A stretch of 64,000 nt of DNA from Eledone cirrhosa (taxonomy: Eukaryota): assembly GCA_964016885.1 (NCBI GenBank), contig OZ024740.1, positions 333,374,001 through 333,438,000 on the forward strand, in the 5' to 3' direction. This document shows positions 44,652 to 58,434 of this stretch, piece after piece (position 1 is the stretch's first letter; each line of letters opens with the position of its first letter). The notes beneath the pieces were generated by a model. It saw only the letters and a program-made list of their open reading frames with translations. It had not been told where the DNA came from and ran no database searches. Made by a program: the position numbers and the translations under genes.

Positions 44652-44653
<2 letters not shown>

Positions 44654-44783
44654 ATGCCAATCATTTTAAATTTGAATCTAACTGACATGCAAAAGCATAT
44701 ATATATAAACAAGGTAAACGCAACAATAGTAGATACAAATATAACAGAGAGAAAGAGAGAGAGAGAGAGAGAGATTGAGAGAG

Positions 44784-44863
<80 letters not shown>

Positions 44864-46165
44864 TGGAGAGGGGAGGTGGTTACAACTGAAATGAAACATT
44901 GATTAGAGGTTAAAATATAGTATAGATAGATGTGAAACAAAACCAGCATGTAGTTTATGGAACAGCCAAATGATTTAGAAGTCGACCTTAAGTAGGAGCA
45001 ATAACATTAAGAATGTCATGAACGACACCACAACATTTTGTATTGAACATTTTGAAAGTATGTATATATGTATGAACTTTCATAAGATTTTCGTAGCTGT
45101 CTCGGTGGACTAGCGGTAGGTACTAGAAACGGTGATGATCCTTGTCTTGGGTTCAATCCTGGTCGAGAGGTGCATGTAATCTTTTTCAGTTTTTATTTAA
45201 CATACTGAAAACTATAACTGAGAACCCTACTCCTGACCAGGATCAAACTTAAGATGAGAATCACCATCGTCTATGATTCCTCCAGCTAGGCCGCCGAAAC
45301 AGTTACAAAAATATAATAAAAATTAATAATTTAAAATCTAATTTCAAAATCAAAGTTAAAAGGTGTGGTGTCGTTCGTGGCTTTCCTAGAGCTATTAGTC
45401 ATATTTAGGGTCGACCTGTCAATCATCTGGCTCTTTGGTAACAGCCATATTATGTTTAACTGTTGAATTAATTTAAATTAAAATAAATATATATATATAA
45501 TGCCAATCATTGCAAGTTTAGATCTAAGATGCAAAAACATATATATATGAATAAAAAAAAAACAAATCATAGTAAACTGAAATATCACAATGAGAAAGGG
45601 AGAGGGTGTAAAATGTGGTACAACAGAAATGAAACATGGATTACAGGTTAACATATAATCTAGATAGATGAGAAACAAAACGAGGATGTAGTTTATGGAA
45701 CACCCAAATGATTTAGAAGTCGACCTAAGTAGGAACAATCACTTTAAGAATGACATAAACAACTCGTCATTTTGTTTTGAACATTTTGAAAGTAGGTTTA
45801 TCAGTATGAATTTTTAGAAGAATTTCGTAGTTGTCTCTGTATCCTAGCGGTAGGTAGTGGACGCGATGGAGATCCTGGCATTGGCTTCAGTCCTGGTAAA
45901 GTAACACGTAACCTCTTTCAGTTTTTATTTTACAGCCAATAGAAAAAACTGAAAAGTTTTACCGGCAACCCTACTCCCGAGCAAGATCGAACTTCAGACC
46001 ATGATCACCACCATCTATGAATCCTGCAACTAGTCCACCAAGACAGCTACAACATTATAATGAAAATTGATAATTATAACCTACTTTCAAAATCCAAGTT
46101 AAAAATATATAGTGACATTCATGGCTTTCCTAGATCTATTAGTCATATTTAAGGTCGGCTTCTGG
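44652..46165. repeat. Diverged tandem duplication (units about 44652-45480 and 45499-46165), each holding an inverted pair of tRNA-like sequences
   Basis: Both units begin aatgccaatcatt; shared tgtagtttatggaaca.ccaaatgatttagaagtcgacct; internal inverted repeat. Confidence 0.85.
45099..45169 (+). other. tRNA-like Pol III A/B-box sequence; partners at 45229-45300 (minus), about 45833-45900 (plus) and about 45975-46045 (minus)
   Basis: GTCTCGGTGGACTAGCGGTAGG...GGGTTCAATCCTGGTCGAGA, 71 nt, TCTCG/CGAGA acceptor-like pairing, T-run downstream; no clean anticodon arm. Confidence 0.6.
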
Positions 46166-46666
46166 TCATTATTGATTTCGCAAAATGCATAATATTTTTT
46201 CTTGTTGAAGGTAAGATGTTTTCCCGCAAATATTTGATTGAACTGTTTTGTTTCCACGCATGTATCTTTTGAAAATGTTATTTATTCGTTATAAAAATTA
46301 AATGAGAGCATTCTATATGTTGGTGGGCACCCTTCATCTACTGGCAACCAATATTCTTAGAGGCAGTCCGCCACTGTATATATATATATATATATATAAA
46401 GGGAGCAAAGAATCAGTGTTGCATCATATACATATTTAATTAAATATGTATATGATACAATACTGATTCTTTATTACCTCTATATTGTTATTATCCACAA
46501 GCATCGAGTACTCATGTCGGAATACCGCCTACGGACTCAATTAATTTGCATCTTTACTACTCATATATATATATATATGCTTAAACTTTAATCTGTTATT
46601 TTAATAAATAAATATATATATATATAAATTATTTAGAAGTGAAGCATATCAATTTGTCTCTGGATG

Positions 46667-46726
46667 TTTACTGAGGAGAGCAGGACATGATATTCCTACA
46701 CTTATTTAACTCGAAACATATTTGGA
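46667..46726 (+). ncRNA. Hammerhead-like motif with extended stem II
   Basis: ttta-CTGAGGA-GAG...CTC-GAAA-catatt-tgga in an island between (TA)n tracts. Confidence 0.55.
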
Positions 46727-46951
46727 TCTTAAAGTTTAAACTTATCTACGGAACAGGTTTGATTTTGAAATTTAAATGTGTCTAAACATCACGGCCTCTT
46801 GGCAATACAGTTCGTCTTCGTTGATTTATTATTTTAAATCGATATGGACAAACTGTAGTATAATAATTAGTATACTTCAATCTGGCTAAATTTTTCTTTT
46901 GCAATATATATACAGATGTGTTGGTATCTGTGATTCATCACATACATATTA

Positions 46952-46987
<36 letters not shown>

Positions 46988-47131
46988 TAAAATAACAGAT
47001 TAAAGTTTAAGCAAAGAATCGCTGCTTTCACCCTTATTTTAATAAGTATTTGCTCTACGGTACTTATATATTTGATATATATTTATCCTTATCGAGCCCT
47101 CTTTGGATTTAGTCTTCAAATTTATTATTAT

Positions 47132-47620
<489 letters not shown>

Positions 47621-47635
47621 ATATATATATATATT

Positions 47636-49106
47636 AGCGAGGTTTTTTATATGAAATCGTGTGTCGAAACAAATATTGTTATACTTGGGGAGGGTCATAT
47701 TTGTGTAATATTGCTCAAAAACTCAGCAATGTCCAGTAGTGCTAAGTTTAATATTCTGATCGCAGATTTGGTACGAGTGATGAAGAATGTGTCCAGCATG
47801 TGCGACCCAACAGAAATGGAAAGACACATCCAACACTTCATCAACCGCATGCAGTTCTCTGGCTACAACCAAAGAGACAGAGTCAGAGTATACGAAGGAG
47901 CCATGGAAAAGTATAAGACCCTCATAGAACTGGACATGAAAGGAATTTGCCCATTATACAGGAGCAAATCATGGAATAGCTTAGATAGGGCTAGACATAA
48001 GATAGGGAAGGCCACATCATTGTACGACAACCAGAGATATCAGAGTGTCATGTTTGTGGACGCCACCCCTGGAGGGAAATTAGCTAACCAGTGTAGAAAG
48101 GCCCTGAGAAAGACCCACTTAAAAATAAAGGTGGTAGAAAAGCCAGGAACCACCATAAAATCCCTGATCAGCAAAACCTACACTTTTAAGAGAACCCACT
48201 GTACCAATAGGAAATGTATCATATGTAAGGTGAACCCCCGGATAAACTGTAAAACTAGAAACGTAGTCTATAGCATAAGATGTACAGAGGGTACTTGCAG
48301 AAACATGACAACAACATACATAGGTGAGACAGCTCGTAGCATAGGTGAAAGGATAGACCAACACTGGGGGGAACAAAAAGGACGAAAAAACGGGTCAGTA
48401 CTATACGAACATGCTAGACAACAACATGACGGTAACATAGACAACATAGAAATTAGAATAATATCTAAACATAGGAATGACCCAGCAGATAGGCAAATCA
48501 GAGAGGCCAGTGAAATAGAAATTAGAAGACCAAAGCTAAACAGAAAGAATGAGTGGAACAACAACAACACCCAAACAAACAACACTGACCTAAGAGAAGT
48601 ATAAATAAGTAAATAAAATAAAATAAAATAAGATAAATAAATACATACACAAGCACATAAACACACACTAGTCACCCAGCAAACACAACACTATACACAC
48701 TAGTCACACAGCAAACATAACACTATACACACACGCAAACGCATGCGCAAAAAAGACAAAATAAAATAAACAAACAAGCAAATAAATAAATAAATATATA
48801 GACAGACTGAATAAAAAAAATGGCGTAGACATACAACACAACAGGAGGAAAAAATATGACACCACTGACGATGTTGCAGGTGTGCAACGAAAGATTTATG
48901 TAAATTATGTAAACTATATATATGTGTTTGTGTTTATATTGTATCTGTATTATTTTTGACCGTCGGTCAGTCAATGGCAACATTGAGGACCGAGTAAGTT
49001 AGATCGCAGATATAAAAGACAGCGAGAAGCGAAAACCAACCAAACAGTGAGTGTGTTCTGTTATTAATTCTGGCAATATTACACAAATATGATCCTCCCC
49101 AAGTAT

Positions 49107-49111
<5 letters not shown>
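47636..49111 (+). mobile_element. 5'-truncated PLE family C with an inverted pLTR tip at the 5' end
   Basis: High identity to the reverse complement of 38660-40010; 47636-47714 is an inverted copy of the pLTR end; bounded by (TA)n. Confidence 0.93.
47651..48604 (+). CDS. Uninterrupted PLE RT-thumb/linker plus GIY-YIG endonuclease ORF (chimeric N-terminus)
   Basis: 317-aa ORF with CTNRKCIIC...NCKTRNVVYSIRC...YIGETARSIGERIDQH...RQIREASEI...LNRKNEW. Confidence 0.8.
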   Translation: MKSCVETNIVILGEGHICVILLKNSAMSSSAKFNILIADLVRVMKNVSSMCDPTEMERHIQHFINRMQFSGYNQRDRVRVYEGAMEKYKTLIELDMKGICPLYRSKSWNSLDRARHKIGKATSLYDNQRYQSVMFVDATPGGKLANQCRKALRKTHLKIKVVEKPGTTIKSLISKTYTFKRTHCTNRKCIICKVNPRINCKTRNVVYSIRCTEGTCRNMTTTYIGETARSIGERIDQHWGEQKGRKNGSVLYEHARQQHDGNIDNIEIRIISKHRNDPADRQIREASEIEIRRPKLNRKNEWNNNNTQTNNTDLREV

Positions 49112-49180
<69 letters not shown>

Positions 49181-49558
49181 ATGGAAAAAATGAAATTTCA
49201 TTTGTCACCCTTAGTACGGCTGATATGTAAATTAGGCTGCTCAGCCGTTAATATGCACCAGGAAAGTATAACATTTCAAACGTTCAATCGAATGACAGGA
49301 AGGTATACGGTGCTGCTGACCGCTAATAAGCTAGAAACTAGTTCATCGTTCCTTTTTCAGTGTTGAACGAAAGGGCAACGATGGTTGGCGAACTCTGTAC
49401 GGCCTATAATTCGGGCTGTTAATTTACAAACAAACCGAGCATTATAATAAATGTTCGGTAAACCGATACGAACATATATATATATATGTGTGTGCATGTA
49501 TGTATGTATATACATAATACTGGACGTCTGTATAGATATATGTATGTACGTATACATA

Positions 49559-49690
<132 letters not shown>

Positions 49691-49879
49691 TATATTATGT
49701 CAGGTCACCCATGACCGACGCTAGTAAAATGTAGCCTAGGACCATCTGTCCAACCCCATTAACATCTTGTGCTAAATTTTATCATCCGCAGTTGTCATGG
49801 CATGTTTGATTTTTTTTTTTTTCACCGGTAACCTTGAGTTTTGTCATCGCTTCTACATACACTTCATATACATCAGCTG

Positions 49880-50000
49880 ATGCTTTTGTGAAAGGGTCTA
49901 GATGTCCACCGAACTATTCTTTCCACCTCGCGATGATGTCCCTCACTGAACAGATGAGGACTCCAGACTAATTACTTATAGCAAGGTTGGAAGAGAATTG
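49880..50000 (-). mobile_element. Small RTE-like LINE fossil
   Basis: Minus strand SGVLICSVRDIIARWKE*F, resembling the conserved RWKEYF linker motif. Confidence 0.5.
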
Positions 50001-50635
50001 ATGTTTTGAAGTCAGTGGATCGTTTCCTAGAACAATTTATATATTAGTCTAAATTTGTATTGCAGACGAAACTCAAAATCTTATTATTTATAATACGACT
50101 TTTTCGCCTGCTTATACTGAAAATACTTTAAAGGTTAAGTTATTTACAAGCTTTGTAAGGCTCTTTCTTTGCGCAGGTGGAATTTTTGCCCACTAGATGA
50201 AACCATGTAGTCCCTACCTCTCGGTGACATACCATATTCTTTCAAACGCAGAATTTAACAGCTAATGCTGAAACTGTCGTAGTGGACTTTCTTTACTCGG
50301 TTTCAAAGTCCTCAGTTTGCTGAGAGAGTTCTCTAGGTAGTCTCAAGTTGCATACAACGAGATGTTGATCAGTTGTCACTACAATCCCTCTTTTAATAGG
50401 ACCATCCAGCACAGAATCAAAGAGATTATAGTTTAAAATAATATCAGAGAGACCAAATACAGATCCCTTCCTGCTGCGTCAGGTGCATTTAAAATTGAGT
50501 CAAATATGCTAAAAGAAAACTTCAATGCATATTCTGTTACCGTCATAGAAAGGAGTGATTGAATGGCACTATGATCCCGATCCAAATAGAAATGGGGAGG
50601 CCTCTTTAGATTTCTGTCCATCCCACAAATACATA

Positions 50636-50687
<52 letters not shown>

Positions 50688-50705
50688 CACCCGCACGCAC
50701 ACACA

Positions 50706-50748
<43 letters not shown>

Positions 50749-52445
50749 ACACGCACACACACACTTATGTATGTATATATGATTATTTCAATATGACGCA
50801 GGAAATGAAAGGTAGATTTGATTTGTATTTTTGTAAATTTGTTAAATGTACTTTGAATTGAATTAATTTCGGTCTTGTGATTTATAAGGCAAACATTGAG
50901 GGAAATGAACATTTTAAGTGTTAGTCCAATTCTCAATAAAATACGGAAATTTTAACCAGTGCAATTGAATCATATTTAAACCAAATATTATAATTTTAGT
51001 TCTTAGATACACAATTTTACTTGATAATGCTTCTAGCTGTAAAATGCCTGAGCTTGAAACGTGACTAAATAATTGATTAACATACTGTCACTTGACAAAC
51101 CTTTTGGTCAAGTCATTATGAATGAAATGAATAAAAGTCTAACAAAAGGTATTAAATGATAGTGAATAAAATTAAATCCAATATAAGATACCGTTTCAAG
51201 ATTATGTTTCAAAGGCACCAATACGATATTGATTTTAGCTCGTGTTATAAAGATGACTCAGCGTGAATATTCTTCTATAATTCGAATCTTAGTGAATGTT
51301 TTCGGTGGAGAAACGATGATTATGCTATCACTAGGGTTTTCAAGAATATAATTCTTATATTTCGTAGAAACAATTCTCATCCACTACGTTAATAATCTAC
51401 TTGATAAATCAATGATGGTCACAACCTCTTTTTACTATCACAGAAATTATAAGACGACTGCACATATTTAAAAGATTATACCTCGTTGCATTAATATATA
51501 TGACTGGGTTCCAAAATAAACGTTTAATAATAATACATTTTATATTCCTAATAAATATGGTTTCAGTATTTATGGTTTCATTTATTTATTATATGCATAA
51601 TAATGATAATAAAGATTGCCATATCCATATGCTCAAATATCATCCCATGGATTCGTATGTGCTGATAATATAGAGGATTGATTCCATGCATTAAATCTCA
51701 TCCTCTTCAAACTGTACATCTACTCAAAGAAAGGAAAAAAAAACGGAACATAATTGTATTATTGGGTAATTCCCATGCCATACACGTTATTATATATATT
51801 TAAAACAGAACACAAAATCACAACTCCATATACAGCCAGAGACACACCTGTTACAGACTACGTACTCAATGAATGACTCAAAGATAACACGCCTTATATG
51901 ATATGTTATGCCAGCTTCACTATTATGATTTGTCTTTTGTATGTACTCACACGATCTTATAATCCCTGGTTTGCTGTAAATCATTAGGAGTAGACTTTTT
52001 TACTCACGGTCTTCTCTGCTCCTCTTCAAATGCTGATGAGCGAAAAGGAAAATTACATACAAGCAGGAATCTACTGAACAGTTACATGTTATTCATTGCA
52101 TCCACTATCACATTACAAATGCTATTAATCATCTACTCTCTCTATTAATTTCTATTTCAACTCTACAAACGTCCTAAAAACACAAGTTCATTTCTTTTCA
52201 TCTTATTTACCCAATTCACCAACATCGTCACCCGTATATTCAAGTTTTTCGTTGTCATTACCGCATAAATTTTGTCAATATCTTCCTTATTTCTCTTATT
52301 CTTTATTTTATTTTATTCGCGTTACTATTTTCATACATCACTTCTTTCCCAAATTATAAAGGCTCTGATCTTGAAAATGATTCTTTCAGGGTACAGGTGA
52401 GTGAAACTACAGTGTAAGAAGGCTCACCACACACACACACATACA

Positions 52446-52564
<119 letters not shown>

Positions 52565-52664
52565 TCTATGTGTATATATGTGTGTGTGTGTTGTGTGTGT
52601 TAAGTATTTCCGTAGAAAAGGTAAAAAAGAAGAGTGGTCTATGGATTGTAGTGAGCTATGTGAT

Positions 52665-52706
<42 letters not shown>

Positions 52707-52707
<1 letters not shown>

Positions 52708-53630
52708 TAGCTGAAATACCCGGTGTTGTCCGGGATTACTGTTGTTCTTATTCAAATTAGTAAACAAAAGTATGAAGATATTTTAATTTTTTCTCATAAT
52801 TATTTCAAAATATCTATAATTTATAAAAACAAATATCAAAATTTTAATAATTATAGAATCTAGAAATGAAAATATGTCAATCCTGAATCACCTTAGGGTA
52901 AACAATTTTCATTGTGTCACTTTTTGTTGCTGTCCAAATGAATAAATTGTTGCTACGCACTCAAACACATACATTCTCACTTACACTCACAGACAGATTC
53001 TAAGACAGACACACATACATACATTCACGCAGATATACATATTCATGTACAAAATGTGACGTCATTCTGTTGTTTTCTTTTATTTTAATCCAAATGAAAA
53101 TAAATTATCACACATACACTCACACACACATATACTCACACACACATACACCCACACATACATACACTCACACAAACATACACTCATACAAATACTAAAA
53201 CACACACACACAGACATGCAATAATGCACAACTATTACATGTCTGTCAGCAAATGTATCTGTATGAGTAGATGTGTGTGTTTAATTCTCTGTGTGTGAAG
53301 ATAATGTGTATGCAACTTACTAAGGTTATATGCATGTGTAGATGTGTGTGTGTATGGTTAATTCTCTGAGGGCTAACGTTAAAATAAAAATAATCACGCA
53401 CACATACACTCACACAGACATACACTCACACGCACATACACTCTCACATACATATCCGAAGACAGGCACACACAGACATATATTCACGATCACATATTAC
53501 TTGTCCATCAAGACATGTGTACATGTATGTGTAGATGTGTGTATGAGTTTAGTTTTCTGTGTGTGAAGATAATGTGCATGCAACTTACTAATATATATGT
53601 GTGTGTGGGCGTGTTTGTGTCTCAGTCCCG
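52707..53630 (-). mobile_element. Non-autonomous Helitron-like element (3' terminus at 52707; far boundary uncertain)
   Basis: Minus strand ends CCCGG-acaaca-CCGGG hairpin, 8 nt, then CTAG followed by T, the canonical Helitron 3' end; internal tandem duplications 53215-53590. Confidence 0.65.
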
Positions 53631-53814
53631 TGTTCAATCGGGGGTAGCCACAGTTAGTAAAGTAATCAATACATTAGTAAAGTGGGAAGCTTGCGTGGTG
53701 ATTTTTGTTAGATTAAACAGTTCTAGTTATTAATGTTCTGTTGTGATCCGCTCTGGTGTGTGTGTGTGGTTGTGATGTTGTTATGTGATAAATGATACGT
53801 TAATAACACAGTAG

Positions 53815-56606
53815 AAGTTACTAGGGAAAAATACGGATTCCAATCCTACAAAAATTCACTGAATAACCCCCAGCTTGATGCCTTCGAACTCGACCTCACG
53901 AACATGATAAGTGGAACCAAATTCAAAAAAACGTACGGGTTACAACAAATTGCAAAACGACATCAACGCACCACTGAAGAAACTACGCAACACCAACGGA
54001 ATTATAGTAAAAGCGGAAAAAACATCAAACGTATACGCCGTGAGCCTTAACGCAATAATACAATAACTTTATACGTCGTGACCTACACAAAAGTATTCAA
54101 GAAAACTACAGAATCTAAACTCACTAGCATTAATAAGGAAGGACATAACATAGTAAATAAACTGAAATATCTGATTGAACCGAGCCTCTAACCCCTTGTA
54201 ACCCCCCGTTTAACCTAGAGGATCATAAATATAATGTCGAAACAGACCCCACAATTAGATTAATATGCCCATCGAAGTCGGATATAGGTAGAATTAGCTA
54301 GTATATACTAGATAGAGTAATAGCACAAATAATGAACAAACTATTAATTAAGCTATGGGGTAACACTAACGAAGCAATAGACTGGTTCAGCAAAATAGAC
54401 AGTAGGGGAACATCCAATTTCGTACAGTTTGACATTAACGACTACTACTACTCCATCTCCCCAGTCACCCTAGATAAAGCGCTAGCCTTTGCCCAGAAAA
54501 AATGAGACCTAACCTCTGATGAAATTAAAACAATACTAGCTGCTAGAAGAACTATCATTAGATTCGAAAATAGTTACTGGGTACGAAAAAACAGACAGAA
54601 TAGCTTCGATATCACAATGGGATATAGCGACTCAGCTCAGGTAACAGGCATAGTTGGAATATATATAGCGCATAACTTACACAAAGAATGTAATAACATA
54701 AAGGAGGAATTTATAGACACGACACACTTCTTTTAGCTAAGAACGTAAACAATCAAAACATGCAAAAATTACGGTAAAACATCAGTCTTCTTCAACAAAC
54801 TAGGCCTAGGTATCACTTTCGAACTTAAGTCTAAAACAGCAAACTTCTTAGACGTAAGACTCAACCTAAACACAGGATTAATAGACCTCTTCCATGAAAA
54901 TAACGAGAATCTAACCTACATTAGTGATAACTCAAACCACCCTCGATCCATAATTAACGCCATAGCACATAGTATATCCCTCAGAATATCCCGCCTATCT
55001 TCTAAACTAAGATTTTTAACGAATACGCAAACTATTATAACATGAGGTAGGCCATAAGGAGGGGCTCAAATACATACCAGATAGAGACAGCAACAACAAG
55101 CCTAACGACAGCTACACTACCCACACCTGTAGCAATAACAAACATAGAACTAAACATAAAAATAGACAACGAGCACTAGAAATAACTGAACCGAATACTA
55201 ATATAGGGACCCCTAGGAACTATAGCAGATCCAGAGATAGAAAATACTTATGGTTCAATCCAATATTCAACTCCTCTATAAAAACCAAATTACCTTCTAC
55301 ATTCTTTAAGCTAATTGACAAACACTTCCCTAAACTACACACATACTATATAATCTTTAACAGAAAAACTATCAAACTCTCTTACTCCACTGCAACCAGC
55401 ATAGAATCACACATACATAAAATCAACTACAAACAAAATAGATGCCTGGAATCAAGTATGGTGTACCTGTGTACTATAGATAGGGGAAATTTAACATGGC
55501 ACTACATAGGTTCCACGGCTGGGGAATTAAAAAAAAATGGTACGTTCTCAGACACTTTATGAAGAACTGTAGACTAGAGGACTCAACAACGTTGGCCAAT
55601 AAAATATGGCAGCTTAAGTACACAAACCAGGAATATAGGATTAGCTGGTTGAAATTATCGGGACAAGGCCCTACAACAATGGAATGTCCCACTGCGGACT
55701 TTGCAATATGGAAGTATTCCATATTTTAAAGTATTATAAGATGCTGCTTAACACTAAAATAGAAAGATCAATTTTCTCTAGGCACATAGCAGCTACCAAG
55801 TTCACAAATTTCAAACCAACATGATTCAACCCAGCAAACTCAAAATTCGAGCCGAACCACCCGGATTTTAATGTACTGAATACATACCACCCCACTGTTA
55901 TTAGCTGTCAACTGATCGACTGGTCACTAGATCAACATCATAAATATCCTAACCTTTCTTTCATTCTCTCTCCCTAAAGTCACATCAACCCCAATAAGAT
56001 AAGCCAATCAGCATGATAAATATTTACCACACTCACATATAAAAATCCACCTTCCCCATCCACCCTAAGCCCTACCCCTTATGTCTCATCCTCGTATCTC
56101 TCACTTAATTTTTAATTTATTATTTTTTATCTTTAATCTGTCATTTGTTACTACCTCTTATTCTCTACTTCCAACCATCTGAGATTTGACCAGCACGTAT
56201 GTATGTATCTAATGTTGCTTTTCATGTTAGTATTACCTCCACCCTCAAATCTTTATACATACACTTACTCACAACCACCACTATTATCAGCTATCGTATT
56301 CTGTACTTATATTATTTTTACTTATATTTTATTACTTTTTACATCTGTAACTTCTTTACCTCTTTATCATTATATTTTATTATTGATGCTATTGTTTTGA
56401 TTCTACGCTGTGTCTATATATACCACTGCCATATGTGAAATCTCTAGTATTCTGATGATTTGATCAGAGGTAAACACTGTATTTAAGGTCGAATGACGCA
56501 ACTTCGAGTGATTAGCGGCCATTAGACTCACCTGATCAATGAAACAATTGTTAATACTTGAAATAAAACCCTTGTTGTACAGCCGACCATGTTATTCTTC
56601 AATCTT

Positions 56607-56610
<4 letters not shown>
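53815..56610 (+). mobile_element. Penelope-like element (family-A-related) pseudogene with 3' pLTR and HHR
   Basis: IIVKAEKTSNVY, RLICPSKSDIGRI, FVQFDINDYY, FDITMGYSDSAQV, NFLDVRLNL, SNHPRSI, LWFNP, CGLCNME; ends in (TA)n. Confidence 0.88.
56446..56558 (+). ncRNA. Type-I hammerhead ribozyme with a large stem-II insertion
   Basis: agtatt-CTGATGA-tTTGATCAG...(about 64 nt)...CTGATCAAt-GAAA-caattgtt-aatact; 6-bp stem I, palindromic stem III. Confidence 0.85.
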
Positions 56611-56648
<38 letters not shown>

Positions 56649-56651
56649 TAC

Positions 56652-56745
<94 letters not shown>

Positions 56746-56788
56746 GAGTAAGAGGGCTTGATTAATCTGTTAAAGATTATGTATGTAC

Positions 56789-56836
<48 letters not shown>

Positions 56837-58434
56837 ATATGTGTGTGCCTGTGTGTGTCTGTGTGTGTCTGTGTGTATGTGTGTGTATTTATGCATGCCT
56901 TTACATGTGTGCGTTTCTTAATATAGGCAAAATAGGAGCGTCAATTTATAGAGGATCACCCGTTGAAGATTTATAACCGGAAAGTAGATAGAACAATAAA
57001 CAAGTATCAACATTGATACTATGCATACATGTAAGATATCCATTCCATTTTTATATGATAAGTAATTGGCTTTCTTCTCTAATCAATTTAAGTTCTGTAA
57101 CATGATTCGTAATGTCCTTGTTGTGAAGCTTTGTCACTTTGAATTTATGGCATGACAGAAATATATAAAGTCTACTTTCAATCCTCAACACTTCAACACA
57201 AAATCGAGTGAAATATGTATACTTGCATAGGTAGTATAGTGTTTTTAATGATGTAAACCTTCAATGTTTGAAATGATTTTATGCCAAATAGTGACGTACC
57301 AAAATAGATACTACAATCATATAACTTGACTCACAACGTTTTCAGGACATCTACACTTCTCAATCTTATTGCGATGAAAAACTAACACTAATATAGTTGA
57401 TTGCTATGTTGTTACAAACATTTATAATATGCCGTTCTATATTTTTCAAATATAAACCTAATTGATTAATGTACATAAAGTTCTATATTCTATTTGGGTG
57501 AGTCTATTCTACTTCAAATTGGTACAATAGGTTTAATGCTAGTTATACAAGTCAACGATTTCTGTATTTAATGTCATTTAAAAGTTGTGTTTTTTATGTT
57601 CATTCTTATACTGCTTCAACTCTTCCATTGAACATTGTAAATGCTCTTTTAAATTCACATGGCACTATTTAAATTTTACTAAAATAGACCTTTGAAAAGA
57701 AATTTATGTGGAAGGAACAGAGAAATGATTCTTTTGTTCTCAGATCTTTTCCTCTTGTTTGTCTTTCTAATCCGCTGATAATTTAAAATTATAGAATTCT
57801 TTAATACGTCACGTGCAAGAAATAGCAGGCTATAACAATGTTTTTCTTTAATTGATTAGTTATGTAGATTATTGATAATATTGGGTTACGGGAATGCATA
57901 ATTCAGAAATGATGGATATTTATGCTCTTGGTTCAAATATCATTCCCATAAGAAATGAAATATTTTATATCTTATGAAAGAAGACATTAAAACAGATTTA
58001 ATGCAATTAAAACAGAATCGAAGATTATCAAAAATACATTATTTATCAGTACTCTCTCTACATCATGATTGAGGAACAATAGCCTCTTTTGATAATGGTG
58101 TTTGTTTGCTTTTACGTACATTATATCGATATGTGGGCATAGTTATGCAATGGGCCAATCACTCTTTCCTCAGAATTTCGTGAGCGAGATTGACACCCAA
58201 TTTGCTGTGTTAGAAATTTGAATGGAGAATGCCGTTCGAAACAATGGCGTTTATGCTCTTTTCAATATAGGATACGAATAGTCCCCCCGAAACAAGCAAC
58301 TATATATGTATATATATACGGATGTATATAATATATATTTACACAATACACATACATGCATATGTATGTATTTGTGTGCGTATGTACATGTATATGTACA
58401 TACACACATATATACATAAACACATACTTACTGA

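Noticed and set aside
45099-45169. Functional tRNA gene
   Set aside because: T-stem mismatched and no canonical anticodon arm; kept only as tRNA-like
50160-50210. Strong splice acceptor ctctttctttgcgcag
   Set aside because: Stops follow quickly in two frames and no convincing donor or coding signal
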